64,000 nucleotides of DNA from Candidatus Thalassarchaeaceae archaeon (lineage in GTDB: Archaea > Thermoplasmatota > Poseidoniia > Poseidoniales > Thalassarchaeaceae), in the NCBI GenBank assembly GCA_023700245.1, contig JAJPRE010000001.1, forward strand, positions 2,022 through 66,021, given 5' to 3'. The notes under the pieces were generated by a model. It was not told the origin of the DNA. It worked only from the letters and a program-made list of their open reading frames with translations, and made no database searches. Below are positions 9,691-18,213 of this stretch, one piece after another (the first letter of the stretch is position 1; every line of letters begins with the position of its first letter). Made by a program: the position numbers and the translations under genes.

Positions 9691-10421
9691 CAGAATCAAA
9701 AGTTGCATGGATAATAGGAGCTACTGGAGGAATTGGAAAACATGTTGTTTCTAATTTGAATAAAAATGGTTGGACAATAGTTGCGAGTGCTAGGGATGAA
9801 GATAGTCTTAAAGAATTATCAAATGATAAAGATATCTTCACAATGCCTGTAGATGCAAGAAATGAAGCAGAAATGCAAGAAACTGCTAAAGCAATAAAGC
9901 AACAACATCAAAAAATTGATGCTGTAGTTCTAGCTGTTGGCTCAATTTTCCTACGTCCAACGCACGCAACAACTTCTGAACAATTCATGGAAACAATCAG
10001 TCAAAATCTTTTGACAGCGCATAATGCCATTAGCTCAACTGCTAGGATAATGATGAAAGATAAGGGTGGCAGAATAATACTGTTCTCTTCAGCAGCAGCT
10101 ACTGTTGGTATGCCTAATCATGGTGCAATTGCAGCAGCCAAATCTGGGCTTGAAGGTTTAGCAAGAGCAGCCGCAGCAACATATGCAAAAAGAGGAATCA
10201 GAATTAATGTTGTATCTCCCGGACTTACAGATACTCCATTATCTGCAAATCTATTATCTTCAGACGCAGCCAAAGAAATAAGCAACAAAATGCATCCAAT
10301 TGGAAGATATGGGATGGCTTCTGAAGTTGGGGATGTAGCTTCTTGGTTGGCTAGTGATGCACCAGATTGGATCAGTGGCGAAACTATCCATGTAGATGGT
10401 GGATTGTCAAACTTAAAATAA
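9687..10421 (+). CDS. SDR-family oxidoreductase
   Basis: GATGGIG, IRINVVSPG, SGETIHVDGG. The catalytic YxxxK appears as IAAAK (Tyr absent). Confidence 0.9.
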   Translation: MTESKVAWIIGATGGIGKHVVSNLNKNGWTIVASARDEDSLKELSNDKDIFTMPVDARNEAEMQETAKAIKQQHQKIDAVVLAVGSIFLRPTHATTSEQFMETISQNLLTAHNAISSTARIMMKDKGGRIILFSSAAATVGMPNHGAIAAAKSGLEGLARAAAATYAKRGIRINVVSPGLTDTPLSANLLSSDAAKEISNKMHPIGRYGMASEVGDVASWLASDAPDWISGETIHVDGGLSNLK

Positions 10422-10475
10422 ATAATATTGGGCAAACTCTATTTTAATCATGCCTTTCTATCAAGTCATGCATAA

Positions 10476-10655
10476 TTAAAAATAATCTAAATACCATCCA
10501 ATAAAGTAAATAATAGGAATTAGAGGTAATAGTTTGGTTATAATTGGTTTTATCCAATCTCTCCACCACCATCTTTTATCCAAACGTCCTAATGTTATTT
10601 CATAAAGAAAATTTGTAAAATCACCTAGGAAATCACTATTTTCCGCATGAGACAT
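10476..10655 (-). CDS. Small membrane protein, 59 aa
   Basis: Hand translation MSHAENSDFLGDFTNFLYEITLGRLDKRWWWRDWIKPIITKLLPLIPIIYFIGWYLDYF*. Fills an otherwise empty gap and is below the ORF-track cut-off. Confidence 0.6.
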   Translation of the reverse strand: MSHAENSDFLGDFTNFLYEITLGRLDKRWWWRDWIKPIITKLLPLIPIIYFIGWYLDYF

Positions 10656-10750
10656 AATAATCGGGGGATGCTATCTTAACTTTAATATTATTACGTATTA
10701 ATTCTTTAACTAATTAAATACTTTAAGTATTACTCCCCAATCGTGTATTC

Positions 10751-11497
10751 ATGCACGTAGCAACTAAAATTATACTTGGCCTTGGAGTAATCATTACTTT
10801 AGTTGGAGTATTATTTACAATTTCTGGAGGTTCTACCTTAGATAATATTACAGATATAGATATAGAAGAGGTGAGTGTTTGGAATGGAACAGATGGAACT
10901 TACAATTTTAATGATGAAGAAATGCTAATATTCGTTAGAGATAATGTTAGATGCGATTCATTCACGTTTTCAATGACTAATGATTCGGGAGAATACCCAT
11001 ATGAAAATGATAAATGTACGGATGATGGCTCAATGCCAGCAGGGCATTCGAATGATCCTGAAGGATGGTATCACATAGGTTCAGTAAATGCTACTGGGGA
11101 GTATGTTATTGACGCCAGCTCAGCAGTTTATCTTGCACCTAGTCTATCTCTGTTCGGCGAAGTTTTGACAGAAGCTGCTGGAGGCGTTCTTTCCGCATTA
11201 GCGGGACTCGTTCTTGTCTGTTGTGGAATTTTATTCTTAATTCTTGGTGGAATTTTTGCTCTATTTTTGGGGACTGAAGACACTACTGTTGGTTTGGTTG
11301 CAGGACCTGGGGGATTTTCAACATCCTCGGTCCCTACAACTTCAGTAAACATCCCTCTGGCAGCTACAACAGATGTTAACTCGGAAACACCTCCATCTAT
11401 TCCAATAAGTGAAACTCTGCAACAAGAAAGTATTGTAAAAGAAAATACTGAATCTAGCTTTTGGGAAATAGATGACTCAAGAGATATAACTGAGTAA
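10751..11497 (+). CDS. Hypothetical membrane protein
   Basis: N-terminal TM, extracellular domain with two Cys, second TM (LVLVCCGILFLILGGIFALFL), low-complexity tail. Confidence 0.7.
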   Translation: MHVATKIILGLGVIITLVGVLFTISGGSTLDNITDIDIEEVSVWNGTDGTYNFNDEEMLIFVRDNVRCDSFTFSMTNDSGEYPYENDKCTDDGSMPAGHSNDPEGWYHIGSVNATGEYVIDASSAVYLAPSLSLFGEVLTEAAGGVLSALAGLVLVCCGILFLILGGIFALFLGTEDTTVGLVAGPGGFSTSSVPTTSVNIPLAATTDVNSETPPSIPISETLQQESIVKENTESSFWEIDDSRDITE

Positions 11498-11498
11498 T

Positions 11499-12260
11499 TT
11501 AACTAAATATCAAATCATCAATATCTTGAGAAGTTATCTTACAAAAATCACCAATATCCAATTTATAATCGCTTAGTACCATATTCTCGGTGGATAATCT
11601 GTGTATCGCCATCACTTCATTTCCTATTGAGTGAAACATTCGTCTAATCTCTCTTTTCTTACCTTCATCAATGGTTACTTTAACAGTATAATGTGTAATA
11701 TCACTGACTTCTGCAGGCCTGGTATAGTATTCTTCAGTTATATCATGATCTCTAACAATAATCTTAACTCCCTTTCTAATTAGACTAATTTGTTTTTCAG
11801 AAATTATACTTCCAGTCTCTACAAAATAAGTTTTTTTAATATTTTTATTCGGATCTGTTATTTTATGAACAAGTTTACCATCAGTGGTCACTATTAAGAA
11901 TCCAGTAGTTTCTTCATCCAATCTTCCTACTGTAATTAGAGACTCATATACAGTTGGCTTTACTGAATCACGAAATATCTCATATACTGATTTCTTATCC
12001 AACTCTCGTTCATGTGAATTCAATCTAGAACATATATATCCATCTGGTTTATTGAGTAAAAAATATACATTTTCAGTAGGTAAATGTAATTCTTTATTTT
12101 TGTACATCACAGTTTTTTTATTAGTATTAAATTCGAAACTAATATTTTTGACAATTGAACCATTTACAGTAATATCGCCGTCCCAAATAGCCTTTTTTAC
12201 CTCAGCCTTTGAGGAAAATATTCCGCATTTGGATAGAAACTGATGTAACCGTATTTTCAT
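11499..12260 (-). CDS. RsuA-family rRNA pseudouridine synthase with S4 domain
   Basis: RLHQFLSKCG S4 start, LLNKPDGYICS, VGRLDEETTG catalytic motif, EGKKREIRRMF. Confidence 0.9.
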   Translation of the reverse strand: MKIRLHQFLSKCGIFSSKAEVKKAIWDGDITVNGSIVKNISFEFNTNKKTVMYKNKELHLPTENVYFLLNKPDGYICSRLNSHERELDKKSVYEIFRDSVKPTVYESLITVGRLDEETTGFLIVTTDGKLVHKITDPNKNIKKTYFVETGSIISEKQISLIRKGVKIIVRDHDITEEYYTRPAEVSDITHYTVKVTIDEGKKREIRRMFHSIGNEVMAIHRLSTENMVLSDYKLDIGDFCKITSQDIDDLIFS

Positions 12261-12285
12261 AGTCCGCTCTCTATTAGATGGCTAA

Positions 12286-12732
12286 TTATGATTGATTATT
12301 AGGCGTTCCTCTTACTAACGCGTAATTCAATGCAAGACCTATCGGCATTAGCATTACGCCAAAAAATACTGAAGTAATTGTTATCCACTTATCACATTTT
12401 GCTGCCATACATCTTTTCCAAATCCATCTTGTTACAAATATATCTCCAGCTACCATGTGAGCCCATGCGGCTGAGGCACCAGCTTTTGTTCCTAATAAAT
12501 CAGCCAATCCTTGTAGTGCATTTTCTGGATTCATAGAGTCTTTTGCTAACTCTACAAGGCCAGAAGGATCAGAGAATGAAAGTATAAACCAAATAGCAAT
12601 CGGACCTAAGAAAAACCAAGGTCCCTGCATTAATTGTTGAGTCTTTTCATGTTCAGGGTAAACCATCATAGCAACCCAAAAAGGTCCTACCCACATTGTC
12701 GAGAAGAAGAATGATAAGTCAAAGATGTCCAT
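12286..12732 (-). CDS. ABA4-like (DUF4281) membrane protein
   Basis: Four TM segments; AWAHMVAGDIFVTRWIW resembles the WxHxLxxDLFxGRW motif, followed by LMPIGL. Confidence 0.75.
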   Translation of the reverse strand: MDIFDLSFFFSTMWVGPFWVAMMVYPEHEKTQQLMQGPWFFLGPIAIWFILSFSDPSGLVELAKDSMNPENALQGLADLLGTKAGASAAWAHMVAGDIFVTRWIWKRCMAAKCDKWITITSVFFGVMLMPIGLALNYALVRGTPNNQS

Positions 12733-12742
12733 ATTTTTTACC

Positions 12743-13330
12743 TCAATTTAATATATTTTTTATTTCATCAACAATTTCTGATGTTGGCCAATAAGTCTTA
12801 GAAGACCAGATTAATTTTCCTGTTTCGTCCATAATTTGTAAAGTAGGGGTAGAAGGATTTCCGAATGAATCATAAATGGAGTATTGACTTTCTTGCCCTG
12901 TATCCAAATTTACTATCGGTGTATTTTCCTGCGGTAATGCAAGAGTCCAAGAAACTGGATTAGAGGAATTCTTGCCATAAGCTTCTTCTACATAAGATGG
13001 AGATTCAAAAGATGAATATCTGTGAATACTGAGGACTGAAGAATTACTTATGTTTCCACTCTCAACTTCATCCGAAATCATATCAGTCCAAGAATGACAT
13101 CCTCTACAACCAGCAGCTACCCAAATTAATAACACAGGACCTTCGGATACATATTCTTGTAAATCCAAAGCAGTATTATTACTATCATCACCCATTATGG
13201 GTGAACTAAATGATATTCTTTCTGGAGCAGGAGCAATTTCTTCAGGCTCAATCATCTCAGACTTTTCTTCAACACATCCAGATAATGAACCAACAATAAT
13301 AATTAGTGAAAAGAAAAATGCTATTTTCAT
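12743..13330 (-). CDS. Thioredoxin-fold (CxxC) lipoprotein
   Basis: Lipobox LSGC, WVAAGCRGC, and cis-Pro region STPTLQIMDETG. Confidence 0.7.
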   Translation of the reverse strand: MKIAFFFSLIIIVGSLSGCVEEKSEMIEPEEIAPAPERISFSSPIMGDDSNNTALDLQEYVSEGPVLLIWVAAGCRGCHSWTDMISDEVESGNISNSSVLSIHRYSSFESPSYVEEAYGKNSSNPVSWTLALPQENTPIVNLDTGQESQYSIYDSFGNPSTPTLQIMDETGKLIWSSKTYWPTSEIVDEIKNILN

Positions 13331-14895
13331 AATTCAACCTTCATTTTAGATTTAATCTTAGGTTTTTTAATGTCTTCAAACCAAGTGTCTACGCCATTCC
13401 AATCTGGTTCTATTCCTAAATCTGCACAAATTAACTTAGCACTTATTCTACCACTTTCGAAAATAGTCGGAAGGCCACTCCCAGGGTGTGTTCCTCCTCC
13501 AACTAAAAATAAATCATTTAACTCCTCAAAACGATTTTGAGGCCTTCTCCACAACATTTGATCTAGTCCATGAGCTAAATTGAAAACTGCACCTTTGTAG
13601 ATATCTCGTGCACCCCAATCATCAGGAGTGACAATTGTTTCTGAAACAATATGTTCCTTCAAATCATCATATCCTAGTTTTTTCATGGTTTCGAGGACAA
13701 CATCTCTATATTCATGTTTTATTTCTTCCCAATTTATTGAATCATGTACATTAGATACCGGAACTAGGACATATATTGTTGAGTGGCCTTCTGGAGCCAT
13801 TGATGGATCTATCAAACAAGCATTTTGAACGTACAATGATGGATCATCCCACGTAATTTTATTTTCAGTAACATCCTTTAGATTAGTATGATAGTCTTTA
13901 GAAGCATAAATTTGATGATGATCTAAATCGTATTTCTTATCTATGCCAAGATATAGCATGAATGTCGAGCATGAATAAGATTTTTCATCTAATTTCTTAT
14001 TTGACCATCTCTTTCTAAGCTTATCTGGAATTAATCCCTTCATCCCAGTTGCGAAATCAACATTCATAACATATTTTTTTGCTGTATGGATTCCAGTGCC
14101 TGTTTTTACTCCAACTATCTTTTTACCTTCGAAAATACATTCCTCGACTGGCTCATTAAGGCATATCTCTACTCCTAATTCTTTAGCTAAAACTCCCATT
14201 CTCTCGGTTACTGTTCCAAGGCCACCTTTGGCATGATATATGCCATACTCCAACTCTAAAAATGATAGTATTGTGAATAAACTTGGGGCCTGAAATGGAG
14301 ACATACCCAAATACTTCGTTTGAAAACTCATTGCTAATTGCATCCTGTCATCTTCAAAGAATTTGGATAAATCTGATGCAACACTTCTCCATGGACGAAG
14401 AACTTTAGCAACTCTAAGTGCACGTTTATTTGCCAAATCTGTCCAACTTGTCCAGGGAGAATTGAGACAATTTTTAGACAACTTTAATTTTTTCCTGTTA
14501 TCTATTACATAATTTCTAAATCCTTCTGCATCTTTTTCACCGCACAGTTCTTTGATTTGTTCTACCATATATTCAACATCAGTACTTGCGTTTAAGGAAC
14601 CCCCTTCTCCGAAAACCAACCTATAATTAGGATCGAGTCTGATTAAGTTTAATTCTTCGTGGGCATCCTTTCCAATTGCCTGAAATATCTCTTCAATAAT
14701 TTCGGTGTAATGGAAAAAGGTAGGTCCGTTATCATAATGGAAACCATCCTTTTCGAAGACCTTGGTTCTTCCTCCCACGGAACTAGTTTTTTCTAATAAT
14801 TTGACCTTAAGGCCTGCTTTTGCTAATAGTAAAGAACATGCTAGACCACCAGGTCCGGCGCCTACTATGATTACGTCGTTATCTGAAGACTCCAT
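13327..14895 (-). CDS. crtI: Phytoene desaturase (CrtI family)
   Basis: IVGAGPGGL FAD motif, YDNGPT, QTKYLGMSPF, SCSTFMLYLG, LFLVGGGTHPGSGLPTIFESG. Start moved to ATG 14895, about 22-28 nt below a TATTAAG box. Confidence 0.92.
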   Translation of the reverse strand: MESSDNDVIIVGAGPGGLACSLLLAKAGLKVKLLEKTSSVGGRTKVFEKDGFHYDNGPTFFHYTEIIEEIFQAIGKDAHEELNLIRLDPNYRLVFGEGGSLNASTDVEYMVEQIKELCGEKDAEGFRNYVIDNRKKLKLSKNCLNSPWTSWTDLANKRALRVAKVLRPWRSVASDLSKFFEDDRMQLAMSFQTKYLGMSPFQAPSLFTILSFLELEYGIYHAKGGLGTVTERMGVLAKELGVEICLNEPVEECIFEGKKIVGVKTGTGIHTAKKYVMNVDFATGMKGLIPDKLRKRWSNKKLDEKSYSCSTFMLYLGIDKKYDLDHHQIYASKDYHTNLKDVTENKITWDDPSLYVQNACLIDPSMAPEGHSTIYVLVPVSNVHDSINWEEIKHEYRDVVLETMKKLGYDDLKEHIVSETIVTPDDWGARDIYKGAVFNLAHGLDQMLWRRPQNRFEELNDLFLVGGGTHPGSGLPTIFESGRISAKLICADLGIEPDWNGVDTWFEDIKKPKIKSKMKVEL

Positions 14896-15009
14896 ATTAC
14901 AAAGCGATGTCGAAGACTTAATACTTATAATGAGTCGTTTTAAAAATAGAGAATGAATTGTTGTGGTTACAAACACCCATATAAAAGGGGGATGGAAAAC
15001 CACGGCGCC

Positions 15010-16968
15010 ATGTATAACTCAAAAGTTATGATAGCCTTGCTAATGACCGCCAGTCTTGCATTGTCTCCGATCGTTGTCGCAGATGATACCCAAGACATAC
15101 CTACGAATGCCGTTAATACAGGCAATCACGATTCCTTAGTAGCAGCTTTGAGTCATGCAGGTTTAGTAGATACTTTGTCCGGTGAAGGCCCCTTTACAGT
15201 CTTCGCCCCCACAGATGAAGCATTCGCAGCTGCTGGTATCGATCTCTCAACTTTCGATACTGATGCGGAGAATGCAACATTAACTGATATCTTACTATAC
15301 CACGTCTACTCTGGTGCTGTAAATGCAGCAGATGTAACTGACGGTCTGACTGTTCAAATGGTCAACGGGGACGATGCTACTTTCTCAGTTACAAATGGAA
15401 CAGTAATGGTTGGCGGTGCTACAGTAACAACAGCTGATGTTATGGCTTCAAATGGAGTGATTCACGTAATTGATACAGTTCTAATGCCACCAGTGCCTTA
15501 CACAGGTGTAGGAATTTGTTACAACTCAGTTACTCACATGATTGCAGCAGGATCCACAATGGAAGAATGTAACTCTTACATGTACGTAGAGAACTATTCA
15601 ATGGGCGGTCAATCAATCACAGGATGTTACAACACGGCATCCCATGCTTTGACAGAAGTTTCACAAACAATCTGTGAATCATACACATGGACTGCTCCTG
15701 TGGATATACCAACATCAGCAATGGCTACAGGTATACACACATCATTAGTAGCAGCATTAAGTGCAGCAAATCTGGTAAGCGCTCTACAAGCAGATGGGCC
15801 ATTTACAGTATTCGCTCCAACTGATGCGGCGTTTGCAGCAGCAGGAATCGATTTGAGCGCATTTGTAACAGATGAAGAAATTGCAACTCTTGCAGACATA
15901 TTGACCTATCACGTTGTATCAGGTCAAGTAATGTCTACTGATTTATCCGACGGAATGACTGCTACAGCATTGAATGGAGATGATTTAACTTTCACAATTT
16001 CTGACGGTACAGTAATGGTCGACGGAGCAATGGTCACTCTTGCAGATGTACCATCTTCAAATGGAGTAATCCACGTAGTAGATGCAGTATTGATGCCACC
16101 CGCAGATCTCGTGGACATACCATCAACAGCTATATCAACTGGAATCCATACTTCATTAGTCGCCGCTCTTACAGCTGCTAACTTAGTATCAGCATTACAA
16201 GCAGATGGACCATTTACAGTATTCGCACCAACTGACGCAGCATTCACAGCAGCAGGAATCGATTTAGATTCCTTTGTAACGGATGAAGAAATTGCAACTC
16301 TTGCAGATATTCTGACTTATCACGTAGTAGCGGGACAGGTTTTGTCCACAGACCTAACTGATGGTATGACAGCAACAGCATTGAACGGAGACACTCTAGA
16401 CTTTACTGTTTCAACAGATGCAGTTACAGTTTCAGGAGCAACAGTAACATTAGCGGACGTATTAACTACTAACGGTGTAATCCATGTAATTGATACAGTA
16501 TTAATGCCACCAGCTGATGTAGTAGCTTTACCTGATGGATGTGATTATCTTGTTTCTGTAGACGATACAGGATATGCTTTCGATCACACTGTGCTAAACG
16601 TAGCAGTTGGAGAGACAGTTTGCTGGGTCTGGACAGATTCAGCAATGGCTCACAATGTTGCTGAAATTGCAGAGGAAGGAGACACCATGAGGATGATAGG
16701 CGGATTATACAGTGGAGCAGCTGCTACAACTGTAGACTATAGATTAACATTTGATGAAGATCAGACATTTAACTACGTCTGCGAACCTCATGCATCTATG
16801 GATATGGCTGGAAAAGTCATTGTTGGCTCTGGAGTAGAAGCAGTTCCTGAACCAGTACCCGTTGAAGACTCTGATGCTACACCAGGATTCGCATCCTCAT
16901 TAGCAATAGTATCTATTCTTGGAGCAGTTTTAATTGCTCAAAGAAGGAATAACGAAAGGTCCGATTAA
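15010..16968 (+). CDS. Surface protein: signal peptide, 3 fasciclin (FAS1) domains, type-1 copper cupredoxin domain, PGF-CTERM anchor
   Basis: Three GPFTVFAPTDxAF...ILxYHV...NGVIHVxDxVLMPP units; AHNVA...YVCEPHASMDMAG copper ligands; TPGF + TM + RR tail. TATAAAA at 14980-14986 favours start 15010. Confidence 0.9.
   Translation: MYNSKVMIALLMTASLALSPIVVADDTQDIPTNAVNTGNHDSLVAALSHAGLVDTLSGEGPFTVFAPTDEAFAAAGIDLSTFDTDAENATLTDILLYHVYSGAVNAADVTDGLTVQMVNGDDATFSVTNGTVMVGGATVTTADVMASNGVIHVIDTVLMPPVPYTGVGICYNSVTHMIAAGSTMEECNSYMYVENYSMGGQSITGCYNTASHALTEVSQTICESYTWTAPVDIPTSAMATGIHTSLVAALSAANLVSALQADGPFTVFAPTDAAFAAAGIDLSAFVTDEEIATLADILTYHVVSGQVMSTDLSDGMTATALNGDDLTFTISDGTVMVDGAMVTLADVPSSNGVIHVVDAVLMPPADLVDIPSTAISTGIHTSLVAALTAANLVSALQADGPFTVFAPTDAAFTAAGIDLDSFVTDEEIATLADILTYHVVAGQVLSTDLTDGMTATALNGDTLDFTVSTDAVTVSGATVTLADVLTTNGVIHVIDTVLMPPADVVALPDGCDYLVSVDDTGYAFDHTVLNVAVGETVCWVWTDSAMAHNVAEIAEEGDTMRMIGGLYSGAAATTVDYRLTFDEDQTFNYVCEPHASMDMAGKVIVGSGVEAVPEPVPVEDSDATPGFASSLAIVSILGAVLIAQRRNNERSD
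15700..16520 (+). repeat. Intragenic tandem duplication (FAS1 repeats 2 and 3, 411-nt period)
   Basis: GTGGATATACC at 15700 recurs as GTGGACATACC at 16111; near-identical protein with many synonymous differences. Confidence 0.85.
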
Positions 16969-17348
16969 TTACTTAATCTGACTTCAACCCAACCGTCAAG
17001 TTCCCTTGCTGTGTGAACAGCGAGGGGACTTGGCCTTCTCATTTTACCAAGTAATCTTCCATACATTGGAAAAAGAGGGAATGGCGACCATTCCTTTACT
17101 TCTCCACTATCTAAATCATATTTTGTTTGATGGAGTGGACAAGTTATACATCCATCTTTCACCTTTCCCCCATACGCTAAAGGCCAAGCCATATGCCTAC
17201 AGAGAGCATCAGTTACACGTATTTCTTCATCTTCTTTTAGGATCATAATGCTACGTAAACCAATATTTTTCATTTTTTTCTTTCCTGATTTAATTTTATC
17301 AGATTTAATTACTCGATGCCATACATCACTATCCAAGGGTAAACTCAC
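16965..17348 (-). CDS. Rieske [2Fe-2S] ferredoxin
   Basis: CRHM...CPLH ligands, YDLDSG; GTG start. Confidence 0.88.
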   Translation of the reverse strand: MSLPLDSDVWHRVIKSDKIKSGKKKMKNIGLRSIMILKEDEEIRVTDALCRHMAWPLAYGGKVKDGCITCPLHQTKYDLDSGEVKEWSPFPLFPMYGRLLGKMRRPSPLAVHTARELDGWVEVRLSN

Positions 17349-17479
17349 GCATCCTAGTAAGAATCAATATCATATCAATGCTGTTATCTTAACATTTCCT
17401 TTTTTTCAAGTAAATATCTTAAAATTAAAACATATAACCGGGCATAGTTTAATATAAGATTTTTAATATAACTTATGAT

Positions 17480-18172
17480 ATGGCTGATTATGAAATCATC
17501 AACTCTGAAGAATTAAGAATGGTTAAAGTTACATTAAATGGTGAAACTGTACGTGCAGAAAGTGGTGCTTTACATTACATGATTGGAAATATAGAAATGA
17601 AGACCAAAAAACCTAGTGTTGGGGGATTTCTGAAATCATTAGCAACCAGTGAATCCATCTTTAGGCCAACCTATACAGGAACCGGAGAAGTCTTTTTCGG
17701 ACCGCCAACATTTGGAGAATATCACATAATGGAATTAAATGGAGACTCATTGGTCTTGGATAAAGGAGCTTATATTTGCTCTTCTGAAGGGATTGAGGTA
17801 GGTATTATGAGAAATAAAGGGCTTAAATCAATGGCTTTTGGTGGAGAAGGCATATGGCAAACTACTGTTTCAGGTACTGGAACCCTAGTATATTATTCTC
17901 AAGGCCCTATCCAAGAAATTAATTTACAAAATACTACGATTACAGTAGATGGTGACTTTGCAGTTGCTAGAGATTCATCATTACAATACCAGACAACTTT
18001 ACTAGGAAAAGGATTGATGTCAAAGATGGCTGGAGGAGAAGGTTTCGTCAATGTAATTTCAGGTACTGGAAAAGTATATCTTTCACCAATTCCAAGCAGA
18101 TTCAATAATCTAGCAAGTAGGGTCATCGGCGATACAATCTCTGGATTAATCCCGTTTGTGGGTAAAAAATAA
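17480..18172 (+). CDS. AIM24-family protein
   Basis: VRAESGAL, GGEGIWQTTVSGTG, GGEGFVNVISGTGKVYL repeats. Confidence 0.85.
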   Translation: MADYEIINSEELRMVKVTLNGETVRAESGALHYMIGNIEMKTKKPSVGGFLKSLATSESIFRPTYTGTGEVFFGPPTFGEYHIMELNGDSLVLDKGAYICSSEGIEVGIMRNKGLKSMAFGGEGIWQTTVSGTGTLVYYSQGPIQEINLQNTTITVDGDFAVARDSSLQYQTTLLGKGLMSKMAGGEGFVNVISGTGKVYLSPIPSRFNNLASRVIGDTISGLIPFVGKK

Positions 18173-18213
18173 CTCGAATGAAGCATTCATAAGTTTATTT
18201 TTTTGATTGGAAT

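Noticed and set aside
12286-12732. Rhodopsin or Blh near the crt genes
   Set aside because: No 7-TM protein with a retinal-binding Lys motif; this 4-TM protein fits ABA4/DUF4281 better.
15627-16247. Two similar minus-strand ORFs
   Set aside because: Their similarity only mirrors the fasciclin duplication on the plus strand.
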